A stretch of 64,000 nt of DNA from Macrostomum lignano (taxonomy: Eukaryota), in contig NIVC01000827.1 of assembly GCA_002269645.1 (NCBI GenBank), positions 269,233-333,232 of the forward strand, written 5' to 3'. A program made the position numbers and the translations under genes. Below, piece by piece: positions 10,801-23,582 of this stretch (the first letter of the stretch is position 1; every line of letters begins with the position of its first letter). Below the pieces are notes generated by a model, which was not told the DNA's origin, searched no databases, and was given only the letters and a program-made list of their open reading frames with translations.

Positions 10801-13800
10801 TCCAGCCTGCTCAACGGCGAGCTTATCATCACCCGGTCTGGCGGCTTCAACTTCACGGACACTCCGTCCGGCACCTTCGGACGCTTCATTTTGCACGTGC
10901 TGGCCCAGGACGAAGGTGACCCGCCGCTGAACGCCACCACCATTGTTGAGATCAGCCTCCGCGACATCAACAACAACCCGCCCATCTTCAATCCGAAGAA
11001 CTATTCGGCGGTGATCAAGGAGACCACGGCGGAGGGCACCATCATCGCCACTCTGACGGCCACGGATGCTGACATTGACGCGGAGACCAACAAGAGGATC
11101 ACCTACCAGCTGCAGTCGGGCAGCGTCGAGAAGTTCACCATCAACAGCCTCACCGGGGAGCTCAGCGTGGCCAGGACCAACAATTTCGACATCAACCGGG
11201 AGGGCAGCCTCTTCTATGTGCAGGTGGTGGCCAGAGACAACGGCGCGCCCACCCAGTCCGACGTGGCCTCCGTCTACGTCACCGTGCTGGACGCGAACAA
11301 CAAGAATCCGTTCTTCTTCCAGCCGCTGTACATTTTCCAGATTGTCGAGGACACCCCCATCGGCAGCCTGGTGGGCTTCGTGAACGCCAGCGATCAGGAC
11401 AGCAACGCTCGCCTGGAGTTCACCGTGAATCCCACCTCCATCACCGCCATGAATCCATTCAGCATCCCGGTGACGTCCCGGGCTCCGTTCGACTATCTGG
11501 CCGCCTTCCAGATGAACAGCAGCGGCTTCATCACCACCCAGTTGGTGATGAACCGCGACGCCGTCGCCCAGGTCCAGATGGTGGCGGTGGTCCGCGACCT
11601 CAACGCCGAGCTGCCGCCGATCCAGACCGCCACCAGCACGGTGGTGATCCAAATCACCCAGCGGAGCTCCCGCTCGCCGGTGTTCAGCGCGCCCTGGTCC
11701 GTGTCCAGCCCGCAGATCCTGGTGCCGATGCCGGAGGGCCTCCCAGTCGGCACCACCATCATCACCCTGGTGGCCAGCGACCCGTCCACCAACGAGAAGG
11801 TGACCAACTTCCGCGTCATCCCCGGATCGGACAGCGAGAGCGCCTTCACGCTGGACTCGCGCACCGGCACCCTGACGCTGAACAAAGTGCTGGACTACGA
11901 GAACCGGATCAACAAGCGGCTGTCGGTGATTGTGGAGGCCCGCACCAGCGCCAACACCACGGCGCTCTGCACTGTCTACGTCATCATCGAGGACATCAAC
12001 GATAATCCGCCCGTGTGAGTGGCTGAGCCGCGTTTTGGGGAAGTGGGGGAGGAGTATGGCGAGTGCGATGGAGAGTAGGAGAGGGTGGGAGAGAGTGAGA
12101 GAGAGTGGGAGAGAGTGAGAGAGAGTGAGAGAGAGTGAGAGAGAGTGAGAGAGAGTGAGAGAGAGTGGGAGAGAGTGAGAGAGAGTGGGAGAGAGTGGGA
12201 GAGAGTGGGAGAGAGTGAGAGAGAGTGAGAGAGAGTGAGAGAGAGTGAGAGAGAGTGGGAGAGAGTGGGAGAGAGTGGGAGAGAGTGGGAGAGAGTGAGA
12301 GAGAGTGAGAGAGAGTGAGAGAGAGTGGGAGAGAGTGAGAGAGAGTGAGAGAGAGTGAGAGAGAGTGAGAGAGAGAGTGGGAGAGAGTGAGAGAGAGTGA
12401 GAGAGAGTGAGAGAGAGTGGGAGAGAGTGGGAGAGAGTGGGAGAGAGTGGGAGAGAGTGAGAGAGAGTGAGAGAGAGTGAGAGAGAGTGGGAGAGAGTGA
12501 GAGAGAGTGAGAGAGAGTGAGAGAGAGTGAGAGAGAGTGGGAGAGAGTGAGAGAGAGTGAGAGAGAGTGAGAGAGAGAGTGGGAGAGAGTGGGAGAGAGT
12601 GAGAGAGAGTGAGAGAGAGTGAGAGAGAGTGGGAGAGAGTGGGAGAGAGTGGGAGAGAGTGAGAGAGAGTGAGAGAGAGTGGGAGAGAGTGGGAGAGAGT
12701 GGGAGAGTGGGAGAGAGAGTGGGAGAGAGTGAGAGAGAGTGAGAGAGAGTGGGAGAGAGTGGGAGAGAGTGAGAGAGAGTGAGAGAGAGTGGGAGAGAGT
12801 GGGAGAGAGTGAGAGAGAGTGGGAGAGAGTGGGAGAGAGTGAGAGAGAGTGAGAGCGCCTGAGAGATCAATTACTTTGAGACTTCCCAAACCTCTTAAAT
12901 AGCAGTGAAATCCCACTCAAACCAACTCGCAGATTCCTATCTTCATCTTACGCCTTCCTGGTCTCCGAGGACACCCGCTATCCGCAGGAGTTCGGCCTGG
13001 TGGTTGCCACAGACGCAGACAGCGGCGACTATGGCACGCTGAGGTACTCGCTGCGGGGCACCGGGTCTGAGCTGTTCTTCCTCGACCCGGTGTTCGGCAC
13101 CATCCGGCCAGCGCCGGGGGTCACGCTGGACCGCGAGGCCAAGTCGCAGTTTGACTTTCTGGTACGTTCGAAGATTGCTGTTTTTGTTGTGGGTGAAACA
13201 AATGTTCCCCATAGACATTTATTTCCGTGACTGCGCTATGTTAATATGAAGAGGTCGAACGGACCAAACTAGAAAGGAACAAAAATAAAATTAATTAAGA
13301 GCTAAGCTCAGCGTCAATGACCCATGCATACATTGAAGGCTTAAAGCCAAAGTACAACAGTTTTAGCGTCAGTTAAACTCCGAGCTCTTGCAACCATGCC
13401 TAATTCAAATTCGGGCCAAAAAGGAAGTAGTTAAACAAATGGTTAGAAAACCAAAGACAGTTCTAAATTGTAAAAAAGTACTTTTTAAATTTAATCAACC
13501 ACTTTGGTGTCTTATACCTGAGAAGTACTTACGTTTTCTAAAGCACTGCATTTGTTTTTCACCATTTGTTTAACTATACTCATTTTGGCGCTAATTTGAA
13601 TCGGATTATGTTGAACGAATGAATTTACATGGCTGTATTTACATGAATTTACATGATTGTTGCAATGACTTATGCAACAATGAAATTGCATTTTAAATCG
13701 CCTTTGTACCAATCTTTTCCTGACTGCTAGCAACTGCCAATGATGATGGAGAACGCCGGGGTTTGATTCCCTAATTCCCCAATGAGGGCCAAAGTTAATT

Positions 13801-16800
13801 GTGTACCACAGATTATCAAATTTTAGAATTTCAACTCAGTCGTTGGTATAAAAATTGGAGAGAAATTTGCTTCTCATATTCCGTAATAATTGCGTTTGTA
13901 TAAAATTTATCAACAATTCTTTTTAAACATTTAGATTAGTTTCAAACGCAAACTGTTAACATTGCACCACTTGTGGCACCGAAATGTATTCAGTTCCAAA
14001 TATTTATCTGCTAACCTCACCGACTTTTGCACACGCACTTCAGTTGCACCAAGTTTTTGCACATCCGCGACTTGATCAAATTTCCCAATATGACAAACTG
14101 GACACTTTGAATTTTATCCTGAATGAGGAAGAACCCCAGGAATGCCAAATTACCTACAACTGGCAGTGCTGGGGTGTGTTGCAGTTATCCCAGTGTAATT
14201 TACTAAGATACGAGTAAGTGACGATTCTCAGGGTAGATTAGTGATGTTTTTCCAAGTAGATTAGTGACGATTGTCAGGGTAGATTAGTGACGATTCTTAG
14301 GGTAGATTAGTTTATATTCTCGAAGTAAATTAGCGACGATTTTCATGCTAGATTAGTGAAGATTCTCATGGTAAATTAGCGATGATTCTCGGGGGTAGAA
14401 TAGTGACGATTCTCAGGGTAGATAAGTGACGATTCTTGGGGGCTTACCTGGCTGTTGTCCTGGTTACTCCTGGTCCTAATACATGCAAGGGCTCCACAAC
14501 AGCCCCCAGCACTGTCAGTCGCTCAGTTCCGGCAGCGCAGCCACACAGAACTCAAGCAATCCGAACCCGGTCCCCGCCTTCCAGGCAAAGATAGCCAACT
14601 GCCAGCCGTGTTTATTTCAGGTACGTGCCACCGACAACCCCACAGCCAGCACCGCTGCCACGCAGCGCTACACCGACGTGCCACTGACTGTAACACTCAC
14701 CGACGTTAACGACAATGCACCGACCTTTACTAATCCCACGTTTGAGGTGAGCATATTCGAGAACATTCCAGCTGGCAGCGTGATCATCACACTCACCGCG
14801 TCCGATCCGGACTCCGGAGTCAACGGAATTGTCGGATTCGCGATTCGCAGCGGAAACGAGCTCGGCTACTTCGGCTTGAACCCCACCACTGGAGCCCTGC
14901 GCGTCTCCACCAGTCTGCTGGGCAAGCCGTCGAGGTCCTACGTGCTCAGCGTCACGGCCACGGACGGTGGTACGCCTCCACAAAGCACCGAACACCGGCT
15001 GACGGTTACCGTTCGCTCGGTGTCGGAGACTCGAGGCAACCCGGTGGTCACCTACCCGATCGAGGGACGGAGCTACGCCACGGTGGAGGAGGCGCCCATT
15101 GGGACTCCAATACTGCAGGTGCGTGGGAGTTCGTTCAGCCGATGTAGGGCACCCGATGAAAACGGTACCTAAGCCAAGAAGCGGCCCAGAGTCACTTGCG
15201 TCGCCATAGAGTCGTTGCAGATGACATAGGTAAAATTGAAAAGAAGTGAGTCTAGAGGACTCTAAAACGACGAGAAGTCACGGTACAAGCGCCAAAAAGT
15301 CGTTAAAGATTCGCTCAAGAATCGCTTTGAAGCGTTTCTCTGGGGCGACGCAAGTCACTCTGGGGCCGTAAAGTCGTATTTGAGGCGTGCTGGAGGGAGT
15401 CGCTCTCGAGTCACTGAGTTACGAGCGTATATTCGAAGCGCTTGATGAATTAGAGTCACATCTCTAGAAAAGTTAAGCGCCAACACAACGATTCTTTGAC
15501 GACTCTTTCGCGACTCTTACGATTATACAACTCACGTGACGCGTTTGAGACGCAAAAGTCGCCTCTCCGTCGCATTAGACGCGTTTGAGTCGTTATAAGT
15601 CTCAAGAGTTGCTCCAGAGTCGCTAGAGTCACTAGAGAGTTGTTTGCAATGACTCGTGGTTCTTGTCAAGATATCATTTTCAACGGGGCAATGGGTTAGT
15701 TTGCCATGCCAATGCAGGATTTAGTTCATCAATTAGTTTACCAGTTAGTTTTGTTGAATTAGGCTCATCGATAAAACAAAAAACAGACTGAATAATTCTA
15801 TTCATTTCCGGCAGGTGACCGCCCGCGACCCGGACTCGAGCGGAGAGAACATGACTTTTCTGCTCGGCGGCACGGACGCCTCCAAGTTCGCCATCAACGC
15901 CAGCACCGGCTGGATCAGCAGCCGAGTCCGGCTGGATCGCGAAGCTCAGGCCACCTACCAGCTGGTGGCGTCTGTCCGCGACGGCTCCGGCCTGGAGACC
16001 CTCGCCCCGGTGCTGTTCGCCATCTCGCTGACCGACATCAACGACAATCCGCCAGTGTTTGCCGGCTGCAATCTGCAGGTAGGGCTGCTGCTTGGATCCA
16101 GCTTACCGTGGCGCTGTTGAAGGTAGCTTTGGTCTCCAGATTCCTGTCAGTGACATTCGGCACTTTAACCGACTTCCCCATAACCCATCGGGCACATGCA
16201 TGCACATACCATCGTTGTGCATTGTGCAGTTTGAAATTTTTCAATTTTCAGTACAACACTCAGCCAGTCCCGGTGGTGGTGCCCGAGAATGTGTACAATC
16301 GCGAGATCAACACCTTCACCGCCTGCGACCCGGACATCAGCCCCAACAACGGCCTGACCTATCGGATCACCTGCGGCAACGAGGCTGGCTACTTCGCGGT
16401 GGGCCGCGACACCGGAGTGCTCAGCGTTGTGAAGCCCATAGACCGGGAGGCCCGCAGCCAGTACCTGCTGTGCCTGATGGCCAATTCAACCCTGCCCGTG
16501 GTGCCGCCAGGCAGCGCCTCGCCTGCCAACCAGTCCCAGCTGATGGTGCTGGTCAATGTCCAGGACGAGGACGACAATGGCCCCACTGCCGAGTCGGCTG
16601 TGCAGATCGCCTATCTGGCCTCCGATGCCATCTACAATACTCAGGTGGGTTGCATGATTATGGAACTGCAGCTTTAGAAACCCATCATTGATTGGTACTG
16701 TATAGAAATAAGTAAACTATTTATTAAAGTTGAAAACAAACAAAACAACCATTCCTAAATAAGCACATATTTAATACCTGACATGGCCCAGGCATTAAAT

Positions 16801-18639
16801 CTATCTAGGCTATCATTTAATTTCATTTAATCGGTCAAGCCATTTCATTGGAAGTGACATGAGAGGAGAACGAGCCCTCAGCCGACTGCTGCGCGGCCGT
16901 AGGAATGTTTTTGAGGGGTGTTAAGGGGGGGTTAAGTATAGATAAGACAATGAAGGGGTGGAGTGCGCGATGAAAGAAAGAGGCGACATCGAAGAGCCAA
17001 TCAGAGGGCAGCGAGGGAGAGAGAGAAAATAACAAGACTGAAACTAGACGGAGAGAAAAAAGAGTAAGAACTAAGGTGCTTTACAGTCCATGTGGCATGT
17101 ATTTTGTACTTTTCAATTTGTGTGATTGTGTCTTCAAATCCAATTTCATCTGTACTCAAGAGTCTACGCCAAATTTCATCTCACTGTGGTTCACATGTAC
17201 TTTAAAAACGCTAAAAAGGTGTTTAATTTTTTGCTGACTCATTCGCGCGCAGGTGACCACACTGGCCGTGACGGATCCCGATCTGCCGTCCAACTGGAAC
17301 CACGTCTACTCTGTGCAGCGAAGCGTGTTCACCTCGGCCGACAGGTCAAAGGTCAACTCGCCAGCCGACGGCGCATTCCGCGTCGATTCAAGCGCCGGCG
17401 TCCTGCGCAGCGGCTTCCTAAACTACGCTTCGTACATCGGCGGCACCTTCGACGTGGACGTGCTGGTCTCCGACAGCCGGTCGCGCACTGCCAGGGTCAA
17501 CGTCCGGGTCAACATCCTGGGCGAGGAGAATCGACTACGCTACGTGGTGTCCATGACCCCGGTGCAGGCCCTGGGCGTGGCTCAGCAGCTCATTGACAAT
17601 GTCACCGCTATGGTGAGACGCACTTTAGTTTTGAAGATGCTTTAAATTGAGCTCCTTTATCTGACCATAAGAGTGTTTGACATTCTGGTAAAAGTTGACC
17701 GTGTTGAGATACTATTTGACAAATCGGTGAAACACTTCTCAGAAGATGCATTTTGCTGGTTTGGCTTGGCTGGTCAAAAGCGGGCGAATGACGCGAATAG
17801 TGATTCTCAAGTTCTGGTAGAATGGGACTTTGCTGTTGCGAGTATTGTGTGGGAATATAGTTATAGTAGAGCAGTGTTTCACAGTCACCATAACAGAAGA
17901 TTCCGTCTGTGGACGCCGAGTTGCCGAGTATACCGGTATATTCTGTGGTGTTTCAGAAGAATTTCACCGACAATTGGGCGGCATGCGACCAGTACTTCGA
18001 CTTGGCATTTGACATTGTGGCTCAAAGGCTGCGATTGCTGGTCGAATCTTATAAGTATTTAAGTTATAAGTTTATAAGTTTTTTTAAGAAAGCTGAAAGA
18101 ACTAAAAGGACGTCTCAAGCCCGGGGATTGAGTACGATTTTGCTGAGATCTACTGCGTGTAACGGAATGTACTTTGCTCTTAGCGGGTCTGTACAACTCC
18201 GGTGTGCAAGGCGCAATCATCTCCTCCATCTCCCGCCCTCCCAAAGGTTCGCTCCAGCGGCCTCACCCTGACATTCCAACGGGTATCTCTGCACGCCACC
18301 ACAGCCTCGGGCGCCGAGCAGAACACAGCGGACGTGTGCTTCGCCGTAGCCGGCTCCGAGTCCCAGATCCTCACTCTGCGCCAGGCTAAGGCCACCCTTG
18401 ACAAGGGCGTGAGTTCGAGTCTGGACTCGCTTTACTCTGAGTTCAAAGTGCAGAGCATCGGGTACTGCAACTCGTACAGCTTGTTCAAGACTTACAACTA
18501 CCTGGGCATCGAAGGCTACTGGTGGCTGTTCACGGCGATGTCGGCCATCATCATCCCGTTCGCGTTAGGCCTTGTTGGCTTCATGATGGTCCTGTACAAC
18601 AAGTATGAGACCATGTGCACCGCTCTGCAGTATCAGTGA
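7820..18639 (+). CDS. Cad87A/CDH23-family cadherin: signal peptide, 14 EC repeats, membrane-adjacent domain, TM; ~1760 aa, 9 exons
   Basis: Exons 7820-8086, 8668-9890, 10353-12014, 12933-13161, 14621-15118, 15815-16078, 16252-16644, 17253-17612, 18247-18639; phases match (0,2,2,0,0,0,0,0). Repeated DRE/DYE, ATDxD and DxNDNxP motifs; EC2 linker DAQDTPP. Post-EC segment (EENRLRYVV...QILTLRQAKATLD) resembles the CDH23 membrane-adjacent domain. TM WWLFTAMSAIIIPFALGLVGFMMVLY. The exon 9 acceptor could alternatively be 18184. Confidence 0.9.
8135..8550. repeat. ~19-22-bp degenerate minisatellite in cadherin intron 1
   Basis: Unit cctgacaccctgctagcgt. Confidence 0.9.
9948..10017. repeat. 30-bp tandem duplication (2.3 copies) in cadherin intron 2
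   Basis: ctgggaagtgtcgttcgatgtgattctgca. Confidence 0.85.
12070..12855. repeat. 10-bp purine-rich minisatellite in cadherin intron 3
   Basis: Unit gagagagtg(a/g). Confidence 0.95.
14215..14441. repeat. 23-bp degenerate minisatellite in cadherin intron 4
   Basis: Unit gtagattagtgacgattctcagg. Confidence 0.85.
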
Positions 18640-18904
18640 TGCACCATAAACGCTATTATTAAACACGATGAGCAGACAAAAACTGGGTCGATGCTTGCCT
18701 GGAAATAATGCGCATATGCTCCTATATTTTTCACTTGCTAATTTTGACTAGGTAAATTGTACTTTTGAATAATCAAATCAGAAAAGAATTTACAGTTTGC
18801 ATGACAACCAATTGCAGCCAAAAAACTGATTGGAATCTTCTTGATATATCTTTTTTATTTCGAAAGATTATGTTAATAAGGTTACACTGACCCTCGTTCG
18901 ATTT

Positions 18905-19940
18905 TTAGGGATGTACATTGAGGGTAGAGTAATCGATATTTAAGGATGTAAATTGAGGGTAAGAGTAATCGATATTTGAGGATACAGTTAATCGATATTT
19001 GACGATGTACATAGAGGGTGGAGTTGATCGATATTTAAAGATGTAGATTGAGGTTACAATGATCGATATTGAGGATGTACATTGAGGGTAGAGTAATCGA
19101 TATTTAAGGATGTACATTGAGGGTAAGAGTAATCGATATTTGAGGATACAGTTGATCGATATTTGACGATGTACATAGAGGGTGGAGTTGATCGATATTT
19201 AAAGATGTAGATTGAGGTTACAATGATCGATATTGAGGATGTACATTGAGGGTAGAGTAATCGATATTTAAGGATGTACATTGAGGGTGGAGTTGATCGA
19301 TATTTAAAGATGTAGATTGAGGTTACAATGATCGATATTGAGGATGTACATTGAGGGTAGAGTAATCGATATTTAAGGATGTACATTGAGGGTAAGAGTA
19401 ATCGATATTTGAGGATACAGTTGATCGATATTTGACGATGTACATAGAGGGTGGAGTTGATCGATATTTAAAGATGTAGATTGAGGTTACAATGATCGAT
19501 ATTGAGGATGTACATTGAGGGTAGAGTAATCGATATTTAAGGATGTACATTGAGGGTGGAGTTGATCGATATTTAAAGATGTAGATTGAGGTTACAATGA
19601 TCGATATTGAGGATGTACATTGAGGGTAGAGTAATCGATATTTAAGGATGTACATTGAGGGTAGAATAATCGATATTTAAGGATGTACATTGAGGGTAGA
19701 ATTGATCGGTATTTAAGGATGTGCATTGAAGTTAGAGTGATCGATGTTGAGTACATGTATGTGCATAAGGGTAGAGTAATCGATATTTGAGGATACAGTT
19801 GATCGATATTTAAGGATGTACATTGAGGTTACAATGATCGATATTGAGGATGTACATTGAGGATATATTTAATCGATATTTCAATGTACGAGTACATTAA
19901 AGGTAGGATTGACCGATATTTGAGGATGTACATTGAGGGT
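18905..19940. repeat. 35-bp minisatellite with a 269-bp higher-order period
   Basis: Unit aggatgtacattgagggtagagtaatcgatattta; identical ORF-track translations at 19054 and 19323. Confidence 0.93.
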
Positions 19941-20048
19941 CATCGAGACTAGACTAGGAGTAGATTGAGGTTCATAGAAGATCATAGAAGCCGATTCATG
20001 ACATCGGTTCAGTTCTTTTGTTTTTTTCTCATAATCCAGCTGCATAAC

Positions 20049-20909
20049 TCACAGCTTCATCCAGACCCAACCAGCCTTGTCGGCAACTACAGAAGGCACG
20101 GCCGTGAACTTCACCTGGTGGCAAAGCCGGTTGGAAAGTGCGAAGGCGCATGCCAGACAGTTGGGGCTGTCGTGGCAGGCGGCAACGCACTCGATGATGC
20201 TGTCCACCGCCCAGCTGCTGTGAGTGATGGAGTTTTCGGAAACTGAGATATTCGGCACCGAAGTGCTTGATAGCTTCGTCATGGTCGGTCCGACTGCGAC
20301 GGGTTAAACTGTTTGAAATATATTTCTTAACTCAACGGTCAACTTGATAGAGCTATGTCAATCATGCCATCTCAACCATGTTGTTCGAACTTCGATGTTT
20401 TGTCAATCCGGTTCCAGACATCTAGACAGTCATGTCAGGCATGATCTAGAAAATCATGTCAGGCATGAGCTAAAGAATCATGTCAGTCGTAATCTAACAC
20501 AATCCAGTCAGTCATAATCTAAACATTCCAGTCATGCATGATCTCTCACAGATACAAAATACAGCTTCCCTCACTGTATCCTCAGGTTCGCTCACTCGGT
20601 GCGTAGAAGATTTCGTAGATGTAGTTTTTGGAATGGCCGCCGCAGACCTGCGAGGAGTTGCCGGTGCACTTGTGCGAGCATCAGCGTCATTTTGGTAGCG
20701 CTGTAAACAAACAGAGGCGCGACGCAGTACCTGGCGAAACGACCGATAGTGCGAATGCCTTGAAGTCCTCGTAAGTCTCGATTGCTGTTGTCGCCGTACT
20801 TGTAGCAGCCGATGTAGCGAAATTCATGCATCAGAGTTGGCAACGACAGCGCTGTCCAGCCTCCTAGCAACAGAAATTCTATGGCGAGGAGAGCTTCCAT
20901 AGATGACAA
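20049..20909 (-). pseudogene. Small secreted WSC + PAN/apple-like protein gene with internal deletion and frameshift
   Basis: Signal peptide, then the WSC start (FRYIGCY...RDL...MTL). From 20680 another frame gives the WSC end (CSHKCTGNSSQVCGGHSKNYIYEIF). Phase-1 intron 20595-20294 joins to a PAN-like exon (IIECVAACHDSPNCLACAF...LCHQ) ending at 20049. Confidence 0.65.
20415..20545. repeat. Short degenerate tandem repeat in the WSC-PAN intron
   Basis: Recurrent atctagacagtcatgtcaggcatg-like unit. Confidence 0.65.
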
Positions 20910-21640
20910 TCACTTTTTTCCCGACAGCTTCTGAGCTACGTCGATGCTTTGGGGGCAAGAGAAGTCTTTAGTCTGCAAGCAAGGCAATGTGTCATTGTCT
21001 TGTTTACGATTTGCATAAATTTACAATTCAATAAATGCAACACCGTGCATCTTTTGTGCGGGAAAATCGGACATCCGTTCCTTACCGGGCGCCAGCTCAT
21101 TTATAAGAAAAACGGGTGCAGCGTCCTTCGATATCAGTTTTCTACGAAAGATTAAACGCTTCCTGTATGCATAAATATCTTAAATAAAATAGCAGCAATT
21201 GGCCCCTGGAAATAAACTACCATTAAAATGATTAAAATGATATATTTTTAAATAAACTCATGTCTGGTCTTGGAAGTTCACGGATTTTCGAGTAGCTTTG
21301 GCAACCTGCAGCAGACAGCTCAAGCGGTGTGCTTGACGAGATTTACGAGTTAAATATCTGTCCCAGAGAATTCCTGAAATTTCTAATTTAGCTTGTCAAT
21401 AGTGTCGGAAAATGCGTTTCTATCTGCTTTATGCGACTATTTTGGTTGAACAAAGTCTCTGAAGGTTATCTAATATCCGTCTGAAATAACTTTTAAGGCT
21501 GACAAGGTCGATAGTCAGTAATTTATGGCTACTGGTTGAATAACCATGCATTGTAGGGTTTTCCCGCCAAGCAGGCTATCTTCTGCTGTCGCCAAGCGCA
21601 CTCGTGCTTTAGAGCCTCATTGTCTAGCAATTTGACGATA

Positions 21641-21697
21641 CCGGCGCTCGCCAGACAATCGTTGTCACGCACTGGGACCGCTGATTATTTATCCATT
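21641..21697 (+). repeat. 57-bp dispersed repeat identical to 52907-52963 (transposon-end-like)
   Basis: ccggcgctcgccagacaatcgttgtcacgcactgggaccgctgattatttatccatt occurs at both sites; 21 bp of it is inverted at 50514-50534. Confidence 0.85.
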
Positions 21698-23582
21698 AAA
21701 AGCAGCAGCCTATTTGCCGAATTGGTGCCAGCTTTTAATTAGGCTGCGGCAGTTGCATCCTGATTGGAAATTTGGCAGCTCATTGAAGCTTCATAACGGC
21801 TTGCAATACCAGAAGTCAGAATTTTTACAGCTCAATAGTATTGAGAACTGTGGGCGTCTCACTTATGTAACGAGCCACTGCTTGGTTGAACATTTTTATG
21901 CATTTATGGCTATTTTTTTAAACATTTCATGGACCCTACTTGGAGTAGTCAGGCGCTGAACTGCAGCAGTTGAATGACAATCCGTTATGCCAGCAGAATG
22001 GGCGGTTGTCTCCCGCTGCATGCGCACTCCTCAAGGTTCGCCTCTTGACAAAGTGGTTTGGCCAAGAACATGGATCCACTGAGTTTGGTTCATCCGGTTT
22101 ATCTGGCCAGAGTGTAAATAATGGAGAGACTTTGCTGGATTTTACTTTGCACAACCCAGAATTTAAAAAAATAAATGGGCAATCGTGTACTGTTACTGAC
22201 AATCAGTAGTCACGTGTGTGTTATTACATGACAGAGATTCATTATAATGGCAATAAAATTTTCGCAAACTCATTCGAGAAAGTGTAAATCTAGCACACTT
22301 TTGGCACCGCGTTTGTGCACAATTTGTTTAAATCACGCAGCTTGTCAGAGCAGCAAGACTAACACATCACGCGAAAATATCACCGCGCATACTGAACAAG
22401 GCCAACGTGGGTTACTAAAATTGAATAAAGTACTCGTATCTCTGCACAAGCACAGGAAGTCAGCAATGCTGATACGATACGGTTTTAGTTTAATAATAGC
22501 AGATTTAAAACAAAATTACAGTTCGATTTCAAACTATATAAATAGTGCATTGGTTTACATGTGCAGCCTACATGGGCGGTTACTGAAGACTCTATTGGCG
22601 TCAGATTCGCCATGGAACTGTGGGGTTTAAATACGAAGGACTTTGTCAAGCCCCCAGCCATCTCAGAAACGGCACTTGCATGTGGCGAATATGATCTGCT
22701 AAACGGGGACAATAAGATGAAAATATATATTAGTACATCTGAACTGCAGCTCAGGTTTTTACTGAGAAAAACGATCTGCATGTGGAGAAAATGCCGCTTA
22801 TATAAATATGAAGCTGATGTGCGCCCCATTTCTTTGGGCGCACAGACTTGCCGCAACAGCTAGTTATGGCCATCTGTGGACAAGAATCGAATGCAAGCTG
22901 CATAATTTCTGTTACCCTCCGTGCAAGGAGAGATAGAATCAAGTTCAACTGCTGCCATTGCAAAACCAGCAAGTCAGTTTGGTGGATTGCAATGCATCAT
23001 GTGGCGATGTTTCTGTGAAAAAGAAAGCATTCTGCAATGCATTGGGGTGTCGTAAACGATGACTGTGCGTGGGTAAGCAGATGCAATACAACTGTAGTTG
23101 TGATGTGTGACGGTTTTATATTGAAAAGACAAGCTATAGAGCATTAAAAAACCTTTAGAAGGGAGTTCTATCGTAAAAAACAAAGGCCTCAGGGATTTAA
23201 AACTAAATACTCATTTCGTGGCATGAGAGTGTAGAAGGAAGCAATTACGTATCAATCCAAACCAGTTAACTCATAATATGAATTTGCTGCGCTCTTCATC
23301 AAAACTATGTTAACTGCAAGCTCATACCGGACAATCCGCACTTAGTATTGTTAAACTGCAATAAATTTAAATTTTCTTCAAAATGGGACAAAAAACTACT
23401 TTTAAAATGTTACTAAATTTATATACAAGGAAGCGAGACTGTTCAAAGTTTGTCTAACAATGCACCCTGGGGCGCGAATTTGAAATCGATTCAACCAACC
23501 GATAGTTGCAGGATTGCAACAGATGAATGGCTTTGTTCAGCAGACATTATAGGAATAACGACGGTCACCCAAGCGGTTGAGT

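Noticed and set aside
8878-12916. Long minus-strand ORFs (424, 762, 306 aa)
   Set aside because: Antisense shadows of GC-rich cadherin exons plus stop-free simple repeats.
20701-20730. 30-nt GT-AG mini-intron in the WSC gene
   Set aside because: It is in frame and reads as a plausible WSC loop (RYCVAPLFVYSA) before MTL; removing it does not repair the frameshift.
21700-23200. Short ORFs and a Cys-rich stretch (~22950-23110) suggesting a decayed DNA transposon
   Set aside because: Fragments are stop-ridden and I cannot assign a family without a search; not reported as a feature.
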